DNA of 64,000 nt from NCBI GenBank assembly GCA_032718475.1, contig JAUCBJ010007520.1, positions 1 to 64,000 on the forward strand, read 5' to 3'. The notes under the pieces are model-generated. The model worked only from the letters and a program-made list of their open reading frames with translations, had not been told where the DNA came from and made no database searches. Shown piece by piece: positions 61,500-64,000 of the stretch. Position 1 is the stretch's first letter. Every line of letters starts with the position of its first letter. The translations under genes and the position numbers were made by a program. This DNA comes from Nemertoderma westbladi. Lineage: Eukaryota > Animalia > Xenacoelomorpha.

Positions 61500-63666
61500 C
61501 TGTGAAATTAAACAAAGAGAGAGTCAGTTTTATTTTTATTCAATGATATGATTTATAGCTGACACAAAATAAATAAAATGGTACCAATTATAGTCGCAAT
61601 AAATTGATGACAATTTCATCCAAATAAATTTTTGCAGATCCTTATGCTATATACGAAATACAACGAATTTATGGGATCACGTTTTACAGCTGCAGTTTAA
61701 GTGATTAATTATTTCAGATATATGCAATGAACTTTAATGAAATGCATATGTTAAAATCAAATGAAAAACCATTCTTGTGTTTTTTAAAAAAGTGTGTCTT
61801 CATTTGACCCTTAAAAACTTCTAATTACAGTATTGGATCCCTTAAACAAGGCGACAGCGCATTCCAAACGGTTGGGACTGTATGTATATATAAAAGACCT
61901 TGGTGCAAACAACTCACATAGTATGAGCTAGGTGGGTGCAAACATAGTATGAGATGGGTGGGGGGGGGGGGGAGGTGCAAACATAGTCTGAGCTGGGTGG
62001 GGGTGGGGGGAATTGGACGCACTAAAAATGCATCCCTCTCCAGAGGAAATTAGACGCAAATAACAGCTGATTACTGTCAAAAATAAAACTGTAACCTATG
62101 TGTTCTATTGTGTTTAGCTTATTGTTCTGGTTAAAATAACGTGCCACTGTAACCTGTTCCTTTCCCTAGGGATATTAATTCACCAAGATGCGATTTGCAT
62201 CCAGTTTAACCCCCTGTCTCACCCTCATAGTCCACTATGCAGTCCAATATTCAGCAGTCCACTAAATTTAGTGGGCCAACATTCTGACTTATACTTACTT
62301 TTGTAAACAATACTTTATTAGGCCCAATACTGGCAGACAGGCTAAACCGTCCATTTTCTCTTATTCCCTTTTAATTGTTTTGTTTTATTTAACAGAACAT
62401 AATGGTTGCAGAAATGGTTGCGTTGGGGGCTGTGTTGCCGTTATTTGTAACGCCGATGTAAGTTCGAGAGGGTTATGGATCTCACCGATACTAGTAACTG
62501 GATATTGGATCGGGGAGTGGTTGGATAATGCAGATCAAAAATGAACAATAACGAGTTGGATTGAATCATCAATTTATTCTAACTGTTCTTGTTCTCTAAA
62601 GATTTTAACACTGATATATATATATGGGACTCCCCAAACGCCAATATAAATAGATATACACAATTATGATTTTACAATAATGATAATAAGCCTACAGTAC
62701 AAATTATTTAATCGGGCAGATGACTTTATTTTACTTAGATTTTGACCCCCCAAACTACGTGTGAAACCCGTCCGTCTATTCTGTCCGTGTCTGTCATAAG
62801 TCGGTAGGTAGGCCATCAGAAGTCCGTCGGGTCTATCCCTTATGACGCGTGTCATCATGGCCCAATACCCTTTCAGGCTCGTCCGCTTTCAGGTTGGTCC
62901 TCAGGCAAGCTTAGCAGTTCAAAGCTGACCAGCGCCACTTATGCATTTGTCCCTCTGCACTATTCTAGGTCTAGGCCTTGGCATCCAGGAAATCTACCTG
63001 GTGCCACTTTGTACTTATTTCTGGGAACTCAGGGCCCCTTTAAAAGCACGTTGAGTGACGGTTTTATGTTCAATTGTTCGTAAAAACTGCTGTAACTCAA
63101 TTAATTTTAAATTTATGAAGCTCTGGTTTTTTTCACATGGTGCCCAGGACTTTTCGGATTATTCATTTATTGGAGTTTATGAATTTTATGCATGCCCGCA
63201 ACCGAGAATGAAAATAACGCAACAGGCTGTAGTTGGGATACACGTTGGAAATTCCACCTGGAACTCTAATTCCGTCATTATTTAGTTTCCCGAAATATCC
63301 TCAGGAATTTGTGGATAAACATGGATGTCCATTGTCCATCGTTTAAACATAAAGTTGGTGCATACTATGTTGCTGAATGCGGTAATTTGGCACCTTAATT
63401 TACTTATTTTTATATATTTTCGGGCCTGAAATATTTTTATCCGGCTAAATCTGTGTCATCACCAATTTTTTTAAATAGCCAAATTCAAATTGCAAACAAT
63501 TGAAAACAATTATTTAAAAGAGTAAATTATTAGTAGCAGTAGGTAAGAATAAAGCTAGTGATAAAGCTAGTGACTAGGAGGACTATTGTTGTATTGCATT
63601 AGATAAAACCTTGTTTATGTAGTAGACCTATAGTAATTTATTAAATACATAAGAATGAATTATTAC

Positions 63667-63804
63667 CTTCACATTTACCATCGCTCATATGTTTGTATCC
63701 TGAGAGGCAATCACATTCGAATGATCCATCTATGTTACTGCAGGCAGTAGTGGATAAATCACAGTTGTGCTCAATAGAATCACTACCTGAACATTCGTTT
63801 ATAT
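63667..63804 (-). CDS. Calcium-binding EGF exon (phase 1-1, 138 bp; not in the ORF track)
   Basis: Hand translation DINECSGSDSIEHNCDLSTTACSNIDGSFECDCLSGYKHMSDGKCE; ttcacAG acceptor and GTaata donor. Confidence 0.9.
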
Positions 63805-64000
63805 CTGTGAAATTAAACGAAAATTGGTTATATTTTTATTCAACGATATGATTTATAGATGACGACTGGGCATATTTTAAGTATTCATTGATGGGGCCAT
63901 TTTGTACATCAGCCTCAAAAAGTGGCCCACTACTATCTTAGAAAATGGCCTATCATTTGAGTAGGATACTTGCATCAATGTCTCGCCCCACCACTCCTGC

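Noticed and set aside
62880-62910. Hammerhead ribozyme core (CTGAGGA...GAAA on the minus strand)
   Set aside because: No stem II between CUGANGA and GAAA, and no matching stems I/III with a cleavage triplet.

Overview
AT-rich animal (invertebrate-like) genomic DNA, mostly nested transposable elements. Host genes, both on the minus strand: (1) three phase 1-1 calcium-binding EGF exons (63804-63667, 61499-61329, 56113-55988) that splice in frame to a terminal exon (20768-19939) with SEA-like domains, a Thr/Ser-rich stalk and a GPI-signal-like tail, implying a ~35 kb TE-filled intron; (2) a signal peptide + PAN/Apple exon (7508-7223). The most notable element is a young 10.9 kb BEL/Pao-type LTR element (44498-55377; 1215-bp near-identical LTRs, 5-bp TSD). 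It keeps one open 1017-aa Gag-protease ORF, has lost RT and integrase, carries a second unrecognised 230-aa ORF in the env position, and has a cluster of mostly phase-0 consensus splice donors. Also present: a diverged sister LTR at the window start, tail-less RTE-group LINEs ending in CTAG with long TSDs, an RTEX-like LINE, two L2/CR1-type LINEs, an intron-containing piggyBac, a Sola2-like transposon, piggyBac- and hAT-type MITEs, foldback elements, Helitron-like repeats and minisatellites. All family names come from motif recognition by eye, not database searches.
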